From: Escherichia coli
GTDB taxonomy: Bacteria; Pseudomonadota; Gammaproteobacteria; Enterobacterales; Enterobacteriaceae
Assembly (NCBI RefSeq): GCF_017348835.2
Contig: NZ_CP071375.1
DNA length: 64,000 nt
Reading direction: 5' to 3' (one strand)
Of this stretch, positions 44,545-53,694 are shown piece by piece. The notes below the pieces were generated by a model. That model ran no database searches and had not been told where the DNA came from. It saw only the letters and a list, made by a program, of their open reading frames with translations. A program made the translations under genes and the position numbers. Within the stretch, counting starts at the first letter, position 1; each line of letters starts with the position of its first letter.

Positions 44545-47500
44545 ATGGACAAGGAATTACCGTGGCTGGCTGATAACGCCCAACTGGAACTGAAATATAA
44601 AAAGGGTAAAACACCACTCAGCCATCGCAATTGGCCGGGCGAACCAGTGCCTGTTATCACTGAAAGCATCATTCAGACACTGGGTGATGAATTGCTACAA
44701 AAAGCTGAGAAGAAAAAAAACATTGTCTGGCGTTATGAAAATTTTTCACTGGAGTGGCAGTCCGCCATCACGCAGGCCATCAACTTGATCGGCGAACACA
44801 AACCCTCAATCCCGGCCCGGACAATGGCGGCGCTAGCCTGTATCGCGCAAAATGACAGCCAACAGTTGCTCGACGAAATCGTCCAACAAGAGGGGCTGGA
44901 ATATGCGACTGAGGTGGTGATTGCACGCCAGTTTATTGCGCGGTGTTATGAGAGTGATCCTCTGGTAGTGACATTGCAGTATCAGGACGAGGATTATGGC
45001 TATGGTTATCGCTCAGAAACCTATAACGAATTCGATCTCCGACTGCGTAAGCATCTCTCTCTGGCAGAGGAAAGCTGCTGGCAGCGTTGCGCCGACAAAC
45101 TCATTGCCGCACTACCAGGAATAACCAAAGTTCGCCGCCCTTTTATTGCGCTGATCCTCCCGGAAAAACCAGAAATAGCCAATGAGTTGGTAGGCCTTGA
45201 ATGCCCGCGAACTCATTTTCATTCTAAGGAGTGGTTAAAAGTTGTTGCTAATGACCCCACAGCGGTGAGAAAACTCGAACACTACTGGAGCCAGGATATA
45301 TTTAGCGATCGAGAAGCCAGCTACATGTCGCATGAAAACCACTTCGGCTACGCGGCCTGCGCCTCCCTTTTGCGCGAACAAGGACTGGCAGCCGTTCCGC
45401 GCCTGGCAATGTATGCTCATAAAGAAGATTGCGGCAGTCTGCTGGTACAAATTAACCATCCGCAAGTCATCCGCACCTTGCTGTTAGTTGCTGATAAAAA
45501 CAAACCCAGCCTGCAACGTGTGGCTAAATACAGTAAAAACTTCCCCCATGCGACGCTCGCCGCACTGGCAGAACTGCTGGCGTTAAAAGAACCACCAGCC
45601 CGCCCTGGTTATCCAATCATCGAAGACAAAAAGCTGCCTGCACAGCAAAAAGCTCGAGATGAATACTGGCGTACGCTGTTACAAACGCTGATGGCATCGC
45701 AGCCACAACTGGCAGCAGAAGTGATGCCGTGGTTAAGTACTCAAGCCAGGGCAGTGCTGAAGAGTTATTTATCGGCACTGCCAAAACCGGTTATTGATGG
45801 CACCGATAACAGCAATCTGCCTGAAATCCTCGTTTCACCACCGTGGCGTAGTAAGAAAAAAATGACAGCTCCACGTCTTGATTTGGCACGGCTCGAATTA
45901 ACTCCGCAAGTTTACTGGCAACCAGGCGAACGAGAGAGGCTTGCCGCCACTGAGCCTGCCCGTTATTTCAGCACGGAATCTCTTGCGGAACGCATGGAAC
46001 AAAAAAGTGGACGAGTTGTATTACAGGAACTGGGTTTTGGGGATGATGTATGGCTGTTTTTGAATTATATACTCCCCGGAAAACTGGATGCTGCACGCAA
46101 TTCACTCATTGTTGAGTGGCATTACTACCAGGGGCGGGTTGAAGAGATCCTGAATGGCTGGAACTCCCCGGAAGCACAATTAGCAGAACAGGCGCTTCGC
46201 AGCGGTCACGTAGAAGCGTTAATTAACATATGGGAAAATGACAACTACTCACGTTATCGTCCGGAAAAGAGTGTCTGGAACCTGTATTTATTGGCACAGT
46301 TGCCGCGTGAGATGGCTTTGACCTTCTGGCTGCGTATCAATGAGAAAAAACATCTGTTCGCGGGTGAGGACTATTTTCTCAGTATCCTCGGATTGGATGC
46401 GCTACCAGGTCTGCTGTTGGCTTTTTCACATCGTCCAAAAGAAACATTTCCGTTAATTTTAAATTTTGGCGCAACAGAACTGGCCCTGCCTGTTGCCCGC
46501 GTCTGGCGACGTTTCGCGGTGCAGCGTGATCTGGCTCGCCAGTGGATTTTACAATGGCCGGAACATACGGCTACTGCACTTATCCCTCTTGTCTTCACCA
46601 AATCTAGCGATAAAAGCGAAGCTGCATTACTTGCCCTGCGTTTACTTTACGAACATGGGCATGGCGAATTGCTACAAACTGTAGCCAATCGTTGGCAGCG
46701 TACAGATCTATGGCCTGCCCTGGAACAATTACTTAAACAGAGTCCAATAGAGATTTACCCGGCACGCATTCCAAAAGCCCCTGATTTCTGGCATCCGCAA
46801 ATGTGGTCCAGGCCGCGCCTTATCACTAATAATCAAACTGTTACCGATGACGCTCTGGAAATTATCGGCGAAATGCTGCGCTTTACCCAGGGGGGACGTT
46901 TTTATAGCTGGCTGGAACAACTGAAAACGTTCTGCCAGCCACAAACGCTGGCAGCTTTTGCCTGGGATCTCTTCACTGCGTGGCAACAAGCTGGTGCCCC
47001 CGCAAAAGACAACTGGGCATTTCTGGCGTTAAGTCTCTTTGGTGACGAAAGCACGGCACGGGATCTGACGACACAGATCCTCGCCTGGCCACAAGAAGGC
47101 AAATCTGCCCGTGCTGTCAGCGGCCTGAACATCCTTACCCTGATGAATAATGATATGGCGCTGATACAGCTGCATCATATATCGCAACGGGCTAAATCCC
47201 GCCCCTTACGTGATAACGCGGCGGAATTTCTTCAGGTGGTCGCAGAAAATCGCGGGCTAAGCCAGGAAGAGCTAGCGGACAGATTAGTCCCAACCCTGGG
47301 CCTTGATGATCCGCAGGCGTTGAGTTTTGATTTTGGTCCCCGGCAGTTTACCGTTCGCTTCGATGAAAACCTCAACCCGGTTATCTTTGATCAGCAAAAC
47401 GTTCGCCAGAAAAGCGTTCCCCGGTTGCGCGCCGATGACGATCAACTGAAAGCGCCCGAGGCACTGGCCCGACTAAAAGGGCTAAAAAAAGATGCCACTC

Positions 47501-48177
47501 AGGTGAGCAAAAACCTGCTCCCGCGTCTTGAAACGGCCCTACGTACCACCCGACGCTGGTCGCTGGCAGATTTTCATTCTCTGTTTGTTAATCATCCCTT
47601 TACCCGTCTGGTTACCCAGCGATTAATATGGGGGGCTTATCCGGCAAATGAACCGCGTTGTTTACTCAACGCCTTTCGTGTGGCCGCAGAGGGGGAGTTC
47701 TGCAATGCGCAAGATGAGCCCATTGGCCTGCCTGCGGATGCTCTGATTGGCATTGCCCACCCGTTAGAAATGGCAGCAGAAATGCGCAGTGAATTTGCAC
47801 AGCTTTTTGCCGATTACGAAATTATGCCGCCTTTTCGCCAGTTGGCGCGGCGCACGGTGCTGCTGACGCCTGACGAGTCAGCCAGTAACAGCCTGACTCG
47901 CTGGGAAGGTAAATCCGCTACCGTTGGGCAACTTATGGGAATGCGATACAAAGGCTGGGAGTCAGGCTATGAGGACGCATTTGTCTATGACTTAAGTGAA
48001 TACCGGCTGGTCCTTAAGTTTTCACCCGGTTTTAACCACTACAATGTTGATAGCAAAGCGCTAATGAGCTTCCGTTCTCTTCGAGTGTACCGTGACAATA
48101 AATCCGTCACTTTTGCCGAACTTGATGTGTTTGATTTGAGTGAGGCGTTAAGCGCACCTGACGTCATTTTCCATTAA
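44545..48177 (+). CDS. yehI: DUF4132-family protein YehI (1210 aa), paralog 3, no WGR domain
   Basis: Begins at the conserved LPWLADN motif that lies about 95 aa into paralogs 1 and 2; 1210 aa as I remember for YehI. Confidence 0.8.
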   Translation: MDKELPWLADNAQLELKYKKGKTPLSHRNWPGEPVPVITESIIQTLGDELLQKAEKKKNIVWRYENFSLEWQSAITQAINLIGEHKPSIPARTMAALACIAQNDSQQLLDEIVQQEGLEYATEVVIARQFIARCYESDPLVVTLQYQDEDYGYGYRSETYNEFDLRLRKHLSLAEESCWQRCADKLIAALPGITKVRRPFIALILPEKPEIANELVGLECPRTHFHSKEWLKVVANDPTAVRKLEHYWSQDIFSDREASYMSHENHFGYAACASLLREQGLAAVPRLAMYAHKEDCGSLLVQINHPQVIRTLLLVADKNKPSLQRVAKYSKNFPHATLAALAELLALKEPPARPGYPIIEDKKLPAQQKARDEYWRTLLQTLMASQPQLAAEVMPWLSTQARAVLKSYLSALPKPVIDGTDNSNLPEILVSPPWRSKKKMTAPRLDLARLELTPQVYWQPGERERLAATEPARYFSTESLAERMEQKSGRVVLQELGFGDDVWLFLNYILPGKLDAARNSLIVEWHYYQGRVEEILNGWNSPEAQLAEQALRSGHVEALINIWENDNYSRYRPEKSVWNLYLLAQLPREMALTFWLRINEKKHLFAGEDYFLSILGLDALPGLLLAFSHRPKETFPLILNFGATELALPVARVWRRFAVQRDLARQWILQWPEHTATALIPLVFTKSSDKSEAALLALRLLYEHGHGELLQTVANRWQRTDLWPALEQLLKQSPIEIYPARIPKAPDFWHPQMWSRPRLITNNQTVTDDALEIIGEMLRFTQGGRFYSWLEQLKTFCQPQTLAAFAWDLFTAWQQAGAPAKDNWAFLALSLFGDESTARDLTTQILAWPQEGKSARAVSGLNILTLMNNDMALIQLHHISQRAKSRPLRDNAAEFLQVVAENRGLSQEELADRLVPTLGLDDPQALSFDFGPRQFTVRFDENLNPVIFDQQNVRQKSVPRLRADDDQLKAPEALARLKGLKKDATQVSKNLLPRLETALRTTRRWSLADFHSLFVNHPFTRLVTQRLIWGAYPANEPRCLLNAFRVAAEGEFCNAQDEPIGLPADALIGIAHPLEMAAEMRSEFAQLFADYEIMPPFRQLARRTVLLTPDESASNSLTRWEGKSATVGQLMGMRYKGWESGYEDAFVYDLSEYRLVLKFSPGFNHYNVDSKALMSFRSLRVYRDNKSVTFAELDVFDLSEALSAPDVIFH

Positions 48178-48237
48178 AACACAGCGGGCAGTGATGCAAC
48201 TGCCCGTTATCAACACGACTTACCAGCGGGGAAAGCG

Positions 48238-48555
48238 ATGATCGTGCAAAAAGAGCTGGTTGCTATTTACGATTATGAGGTCCCTGTACCTGAAGATCCG
48301 TTTTCCTTCAGACTTGAGATCCATAAATGCTCTGAATTATTTACAGGTTCCGTCTATCGACTGGAGCGATTCCGGCTACATCCAACATTTCGTCAACGTG
48401 ATCGAGAAGATGCTGACCCGCTAATAAATGATGCGTTGATTTATATAAGAGATGAGTGTATTGATGAGCGGAAATTACGAGGTGAATCACCTGAAACTGT
48501 AATAGCAATTTTTAATCGTGAACTACAGAATATATTCAACCAAGAAATAGAATAA
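48238..48555 (+). CDS. yehK: Uncharacterized protein YehK (105 aa)
   Basis: 105-aa ORF; synteny. Confidence 0.75.
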   Translation: MIVQKELVAIYDYEVPVPEDPFSFRLEIHKCSELFTGSVYRLERFRLHPTFRQRDREDADPLINDALIYIRDECIDERKLRGESPETVIAIFNRELQNIFNQEIE

Positions 48556-48664
48556 TATACTCTAGATAATTCAAGTCGCAGCACATGCAACTTGAAGTAT
48601 GACGAGTATAGCTTTATTAAAGGGGGAAGCGGTTTTCCCCCTTAGATGCGTTTCAATTTGCCCG

Positions 48665-48754
48665 TTACTTCAACAAATCAATCAACCGTAACAGAGCTAC
48701 TAATAGCTCCAGTACAGCAATGAGCACGGTTAACTTTTGTGTCAGCGTGTCCAT
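48665..48754 (-). CDS. zorO: Type I toxin, ShoB/Zor-like small hydrophobic peptide (29 aa: MDTLTQKLTVLIAVLELLVALLRLIDLLK)
   Basis: Not in the ORF track (below size cutoff). ATG with AGGAGA SD 4 nt upstream; single predicted TM helix with charged C-terminus; about 175-nt 5' UTR; divergent antisense sRNA upstream. Symbol from my recollection of the EHEC zorO-orzO locus, unverified. Confidence 0.65.
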   Translation of the reverse strand: MDTLTQKLTVLIAVLELLVALLRLIDLLK

Positions 48755-48935
48755 CCGCTCTCCTTATTAAGGAGCGCAACACCAGCACCTTACCCTTACA
48801 CTGCCTGTCGATACTGGTTTACGTATGTTGGACCACGATGTTGCACTCCGGATCAGGGCACCACCTGCAGCACCACCCGTCCGGTAGCCAGGACTTGAAA
48901 TAGGTTCGATCCGGCGCAACGTCCCAACGGTCTGG

Positions 48936-48963
48936 ATTATAAATCTCATTATCTTAATTGCAA
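48936..48963 (-). promoter_or_regulatory. Sigma70-type promoter for the toxin mRNA (-35 TTGCAA, 16-bp spacer, -10 TATAAT)
   Basis: Hexamers read on the minus strand; -35 shares the palindromic TTGCAA with the divergent sRNA promoter. Confidence 0.5.
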
Positions 48964-48986
48964 CGGGGTCCAGCCGTGGTTATAAT
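48958..48986 (+). promoter_or_regulatory. Sigma70-type promoter for the antisense sRNA (-35 TTGCAA, 17-bp spacer, -10 TATAAT)
   Basis: Hexamers read on the plus strand directly upstream of the sRNA. Confidence 0.5.
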
Positions 48987-48992
48987 TCGTTC

Positions 48993-49075
48993 GTTGGAAC
49001 ACGATGTTGCACAGGCTGTGGTGTTAGGCCTGAAAATAGTAAATAAAAGAACCTGCCTCACCAGCAGGTTTTTTT
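48993..49075 (+). ncRNA. orzO: Antitoxin sRNA (OrzO/OhsC-like) divergent from the toxin gene
   Basis: Short transcript bounded by the promoter and a rho-independent terminator (CCTGC-ctcacca-GCAGG + T7 at 49053-49075); its first 20 nt (48993-49012) repeat 48827-48846 within the toxin 5' UTR with 19/20 identity, giving antisense complementarity. Confidence 0.6.
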
Positions 49076-49186
49076 ATTTACTGTGATCTGCTTTCCAGAT
49101 ATTTTTCGCTCAAACAACTAATGCGCCAAACATTTATTGCGCGTAAAATATCGTTTATTTCATTAATACATTTCAGGGATGAATAT

Positions 49187-50275
49187 ATGTCACCGCAGAA
49201 TAATCATCTGCAGCGTCCGCCTGCTGCTGTGTTATACGCCGATGAACTGGCAAAATTAAAACAAAATGATACCGCACCTTGCCCGCCCGGTTGGCAGTTA
49301 AGTTTGCCTGCGGCCCGTGCTTTTATCCTTGGCGATAGCGCGCAAAATATTAGCCGTAAAGTGGTGATTAGTCCCTCCGCTGTCGAACGTATGTTAGTCA
49401 CTCTTGCCACCGGACGCGGTTTGATGTTGGTGGGGGAACCTGGCAGCGCAAAATCTCTCCTGTCTGAATTACTGGCAACCGCTATTAGCGGCGATGCCGG
49501 GTTAACCATCCAGGGCGGCGCATCTACTACCGAAGATCAAATCAAGTACGGCTTGAACTACGCCCTGCTTATCAATCATGGTCCATCAACGGAAGCGCTG
49601 GTCCCTGCCCCGCTTTACCAGGGAATGCGCGACGGCAAAATCGTCCGTTTTGAAGAGATAACGCGTACACCGCTGGAAGTGCAAGACTGTCTGTTAGGTA
49701 TGCTTTCTGACAGGGTGATGACGGTGCCGGAACTCACTGGTGAAGCCAGTCAGCTCTATGCGCGAGAAGGCTTTAATATTATTGCCACTGCCAATACCCG
49801 CGATCGCGGCGTCAATGAAATGAGTGCTGCGCTAAAGCGTCGCTTCGATTTTGAAACTGTCTTTCCGATTATGGATTTCGTCCAGGAGCTGGAGCTTGTC
49901 GCCAGTGCTTCGGCGCGTTTGCTGGCCCATAGCGGTATTCCGCATAAAGTGCCTGACGCGGTACTGGAGTTACTGGTCCGCACCTTCCGCGATCTGCGTG
50001 CCAACGGCGAAAAGAAAACGTCAATGGATACACTAACAGCGATTATGTCCACCGCTGAAGCCGTGAACGTGGCCCACGCTGTGGGCGTCCGCGCCTGGTT
50101 TTTAGCGAATCGCGCAGGTGAGCCAGCCGATCTGGTGGACTGTATTGCCGGAACCATCGTCAAAGATAACGAAGAAGATCGCGCTCGTCTGCGCCGTTAC
50201 TTCGAACAGCGAGTCGCCATACATAAAGAAGCTCACTGGCAGGCTTATTATCAAGCCCGCCACCGCCTGCCGTGA
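49187..50275 (+). CDS. yehL: MoxR-type AAA+ ATPase YehL (362 aa)
   Basis: Walker A GEPGSAKS; MoxR/CbbQ-like; start at MSPQNNHLQRP. Confidence 0.85.
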   Translation: MSPQNNHLQRPPAAVLYADELAKLKQNDTAPCPPGWQLSLPAARAFILGDSAQNISRKVVISPSAVERMLVTLATGRGLMLVGEPGSAKSLLSELLATAISGDAGLTIQGGASTTEDQIKYGLNYALLINHGPSTEALVPAPLYQGMRDGKIVRFEEITRTPLEVQDCLLGMLSDRVMTVPELTGEASQLYAREGFNIIATANTRDRGVNEMSAALKRRFDFETVFPIMDFVQELELVASASARLLAHSGIPHKVPDAVLELLVRTFRDLRANGEKKTSMDTLTAIMSTAEAVNVAHAVGVRAWFLANRAGEPADLVDCIAGTIVKDNEEDRARLRRYFEQRVAIHKEAHWQAYYQARHRLP

Positions 50276-50285
50276 GGAAAGATGC

Positions 50286-52565
50286 ATGAGCGAGCCGTTA
50301 ATTGTCGGCATCCGGCATCATAGCCCGGCCTGCGCCCGGCTGGTGAAATCGTTAATCGAAAGCCAGCGGCCACGATACGTGTTGATTGAAGGCCCGGCTG
50401 ATTTTAATGACCGGGTATACGAACTGTTTTTAGCCCACCAGCTTCCGGTAGCTATTTACAGTTATTGCCAGTATCAGGACGGTACGGCCCCCGGGCGCGG
50501 TGCCTGGACGCCATTTGCTGAATTTTCGCCGGAGTGGCAGGCGCTACAAGCCGCACGTCGTATTCAGGCACAAACTTACTTCATCGATTTGCCTTGCTGG
50601 GCACAGAGTGAAGAAGAGGACGATTCGCCTGATACGCAAGATGAAAGCCAGGCCTTACTGCTGCGTGCCACCCGCATGGATAACAGCGATACCCTGTGGG
50701 ATCACTTGTTCGAAGATGAAAGCCAGCAAACTGCATTACCCTCTGCGCTGGCGCACTATTTTGCCCAACTGCGGGGCGACTCCCCCGGAGATGCACTCAA
50801 TCGTCAGCGCGAAGCCTTTATGGCCCGCTGGATTGGATGGGCGATGCAGCAAAATAATGGCGACGTGTTAGTTGTCTGCGGTGGCTGGCACGCTCCGGCA
50901 CTGGCAAAAATGTGGCGCGAATGTCCGCAGGAAATTAACACGCCAGAATTGCCGTCGCTGGCAGATGCCGTTACAGGTTGTTATCTCACACCCTACAGTG
51001 AAAAGCGCCTTGATGTGCTGGCAGGATACCTTTCCGGAATGCCTGCCCCGGTCTGGCAAAGCTGGTGCTGGCAGTGGGGCTTACAGCAGGCGGGAGAACA
51101 ACTGCTAAAAACGGTTCTTACCCGTTTGCGCCAACACCACTTGCCTGCTTCGACCGCGGATATGGCTGCCGCTCATCTGCATGCGATGGCGCTGGCACAG
51201 TTGCGCGGACATAAACTACCGTTACGCATTGACTGGCTGGATGCCATAGCAGGCTCGCTGATTAAAGAAGCCCTGAACGCGCCGTTGCCGTGGAGCTATC
51301 GCGGCGTTATTCATCCCGACACCGATCCGATTCTGCTAACGTTGATAGACACATTAGCGGGTGACGGATTCGGTAAACTTGCCCCTTCTACGCCACAACC
51401 GCCTCTGCCAAAAGATGTCACCTGCGAACTGGAACGTACCGCAATCTCTCTTCCGGCGGAGCTTACCTTAAATCGCTTTAACCCCAATGGACTAGCGCAA
51501 AGTCAGGTGTTACATCGGCTGGCAATACTGGAGATCCCAGGGATTGTACGCCAGCAGGGAAGCACACTGACACTTGCAGGCAACGGTGAAGAACGCTGGA
51601 AATTAACCCGCCCGCTTAGCCAGCATGCGGCATTGATTGAGGCCGCCTGCTTTGGTGCCACACTCCAGGAAGCCGCACGCCATAAATTAGAAGCCGATAT
51701 GCTGGACGCGGGTGGAATCGGCAGTATCACCACATGTCTTAGCCAGGCGGCGTTAGCGGGTCTGGCGTCCTTCAGTCAACAATTACTGGAGCAACTCACA
51801 TTATTAATCGCCCAGGAAAATCAATTTGCCGAAATGGGCCAGGCGCTGGAAGTGCTATATGCCTTATGGCGGCTGGATGAAATTAGCGGTATGCAAGGCG
51901 CGCAGATATTACAAACGACGTTATGCGCGGCTATCGATCGCACGCTCTGGCTGTGTGAATCCAACGGCAAACCGGATGAAAAGGAGTTTCACGCTCACCT
52001 GCATAGCTGGCAGGCGCTTTGCCATATCCTGCGCGATCTACATAGCGGCGTTAATTTACCCGGCGTTTCTCTTTCTGCGGCGGTAGCCTTACTGGAGCGA
52101 CGCAGTCAGGCAATCCATGCCCCGGCGCTGGATCGCGGCGCGGCTCTTGGCGCACTGATGCGTCTGGAACATCCCAACGCCAGTGCCGAAGCGGCGCTGA
52201 CGATGCTGGCACAGTTTTTCCCGGCACAATCCGGCGAAGCGCTGCACGGTTTGCTGGCGCTGGCCCGCCATCAACTGGCCTGTCAGCCGGCATTTATCGC
52301 CGGTTTCAGCAGTCATTTAAATCAACTAAGTGATGCCGATTTTATCAATGCCCTGCCCGATTTACGCGCGGCGATGGCCTGGCTACCGCCACGAGAACGC
52401 GGGACGCTGGCGCATCAGGTGCTTGAACATTATCAACTGGCGCAACTTCCCGTTTCGGCGCTGCAAATGCCGTTGCATTGCCCACCACAAGCCATTGCAC
52501 ATCATCAACAACTCGAACAGCAGGCACTGGCATCGCTGCAAAACTGGGGAGTTTTCCATGTCTGA
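50286..52565 (+). CDS. yehM: Uncharacterized large protein YehM (759 aa)
   Basis: Start MSEPLIVGIRHHSP 11 nt after yehL stop; no recognisable catalytic motif. Confidence 0.8.
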   Translation: MSEPLIVGIRHHSPACARLVKSLIESQRPRYVLIEGPADFNDRVYELFLAHQLPVAIYSYCQYQDGTAPGRGAWTPFAEFSPEWQALQAARRIQAQTYFIDLPCWAQSEEEDDSPDTQDESQALLLRATRMDNSDTLWDHLFEDESQQTALPSALAHYFAQLRGDSPGDALNRQREAFMARWIGWAMQQNNGDVLVVCGGWHAPALAKMWRECPQEINTPELPSLADAVTGCYLTPYSEKRLDVLAGYLSGMPAPVWQSWCWQWGLQQAGEQLLKTVLTRLRQHHLPASTADMAAAHLHAMALAQLRGHKLPLRIDWLDAIAGSLIKEALNAPLPWSYRGVIHPDTDPILLTLIDTLAGDGFGKLAPSTPQPPLPKDVTCELERTAISLPAELTLNRFNPNGLAQSQVLHRLAILEIPGIVRQQGSTLTLAGNGEERWKLTRPLSQHAALIEAACFGATLQEAARHKLEADMLDAGGIGSITTCLSQAALAGLASFSQQLLEQLTLLIAQENQFAEMGQALEVLYALWRLDEISGMQGAQILQTTLCAAIDRTLWLCESNGKPDEKEFHAHLHSWQALCHILRDLHSGVNLPGVSLSAAVALLERRSQAIHAPALDRGAALGALMRLEHPNASAEAALTMLAQFFPAQSGEALHGLLALARHQLACQPAFIAGFSSHLNQLSDADFINALPDLRAAMAWLPPRERGTLAHQVLEHYQLAQLPVSALQMPLHCPPQAIAHHQQLEQQALASLQNWGVFHV

Positions 52566-53694
52566 ACTGAACGATCTTCTGACCACCCGTGAGCTACAAC
52601 GCTGGCGATTAATTCTTGGCGAAGCGGCAGAAACGACGCTTTGTGGGCTGGATGACAACGCCCGGCAGATAGACCACGCGCTGGAATGGCTGTATGGGCG
52701 CGATCCTGAACGGCTCCAGCGTGGTGAACGCTCCGGTGGATTAGGTGGCTCAAATCTCACCACCCCTGAGTGGATCAACAGTATTCACACGCTGTTTCCG
52801 CAACTGGTGATTGAGCGGCTGGAAAGCGATGCCGTACTGCGCTATGGCATTGAAGATGTGGTGACGAATCTCGACGTGCTGGAACGTATGCAGCCTTCTG
52901 AAAGCCTGCTACGCGCCGTTTTGCACACCAAACATCTGATGAACCCCGAAGTACTGGCTGCCGCCCGCCGGATAGTGCGCCAGGTTGTTGAAGAAATTAT
53001 GGCTCGACTGGCAAAGGAAGTTCGTCAGGCTTTTTCTGGTGTCCGCGATCGCCGTCGCCGCTCATTTATTCCACTGGCGCGAAACTTTGATTTCAAAAGT
53101 ACTCTTCGCGCCAACCTGCAACACTGGCACCCGCAACACGGCAAGTTGTATATCGAATCCCCCCGCTTTAACAGCCGCATTAAACGCCAAAGCGAACAAT
53201 GGCAACTGGTCTTACTGGTTGATCAAAGCGGCTCGATGGTCGATTCGGTGATCCACTCTGCGGTGATGGCGGCCTGTTTATGGCAGTTACCCGGCATTCG
53301 TACCCATCTGGTGGCGTTTGACACAAGCGTCGTTGATCTCACGGCAGACGTTGCCGATCCGGTAGAGTTATTAATGAAAGTGCAATTAGGCGGCGGAACC
53401 AATATCGCCAGTGCCGTGGAATATGGTCGGCAACTTATTGAACAACCAGCGAAAAGCGTCATTATCCTCGTGAGCGATTTTTACGAAGGGGGTTCATCAT
53501 CATTACTGACGCATCAGGTGAAAAAGTGTGTCCAGAGCGGCATCAAAGTGCTGGGACTGGCGGCGCTCGATAGCACCGCAACACCTTGCTATGACCACGA
53601 TACGGCCCAGGCGCTGGTAAATGTCGGCGCACAAATAGCCGCCATGACGCCGGGCGAGCTGGCATCATGGCTTGCGGAGAATCTTCAGTCATGA
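52558..53694 (+). CDS. yehP: von Willebrand factor A (VWA) domain protein YehP (378 aa)
   Basis: ATGTCTGA overlap with yehM stop; MIDAS motif LLVDQSGSM. Confidence 0.85.
   Translation: MSELNDLLTTRELQRWRLILGEAAETTLCGLDDNARQIDHALEWLYGRDPERLQRGERSGGLGGSNLTTPEWINSIHTLFPQLVIERLESDAVLRYGIEDVVTNLDVLERMQPSESLLRAVLHTKHLMNPEVLAAARRIVRQVVEEIMARLAKEVRQAFSGVRDRRRRSFIPLARNFDFKSTLRANLQHWHPQHGKLYIESPRFNSRIKRQSEQWQLVLLVDQSGSMVDSVIHSAVMAACLWQLPGIRTHLVAFDTSVVDLTADVADPVELLMKVQLGGGTNIASAVEYGRQLIEQPAKSVIILVSDFYEGGSSSLLTHQVKKCVQSGIKVLGLAALDSTATPCYDHDTAQALVNVGAQIAAMTPGELASWLAENLQS

Noticed and set aside
48901-48915. GGTTCGATCC motif resembling a tRNA T-loop
   Set aside because: Flanking bases cannot form a T-stem or acceptor stem; no cloverleaf can be drawn.
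48767-48949. 60-aa minus-strand ORF (MRFIIQTVGTLRR...) from the ORF track
   Set aside because: Lies entirely within the predicted 5' UTR of the small toxin mRNA, has no RBS and has an Arg/Gly/Cys-rich composition typical of a spurious frame; the region is better explained as the toxin leader carrying the antisense target.
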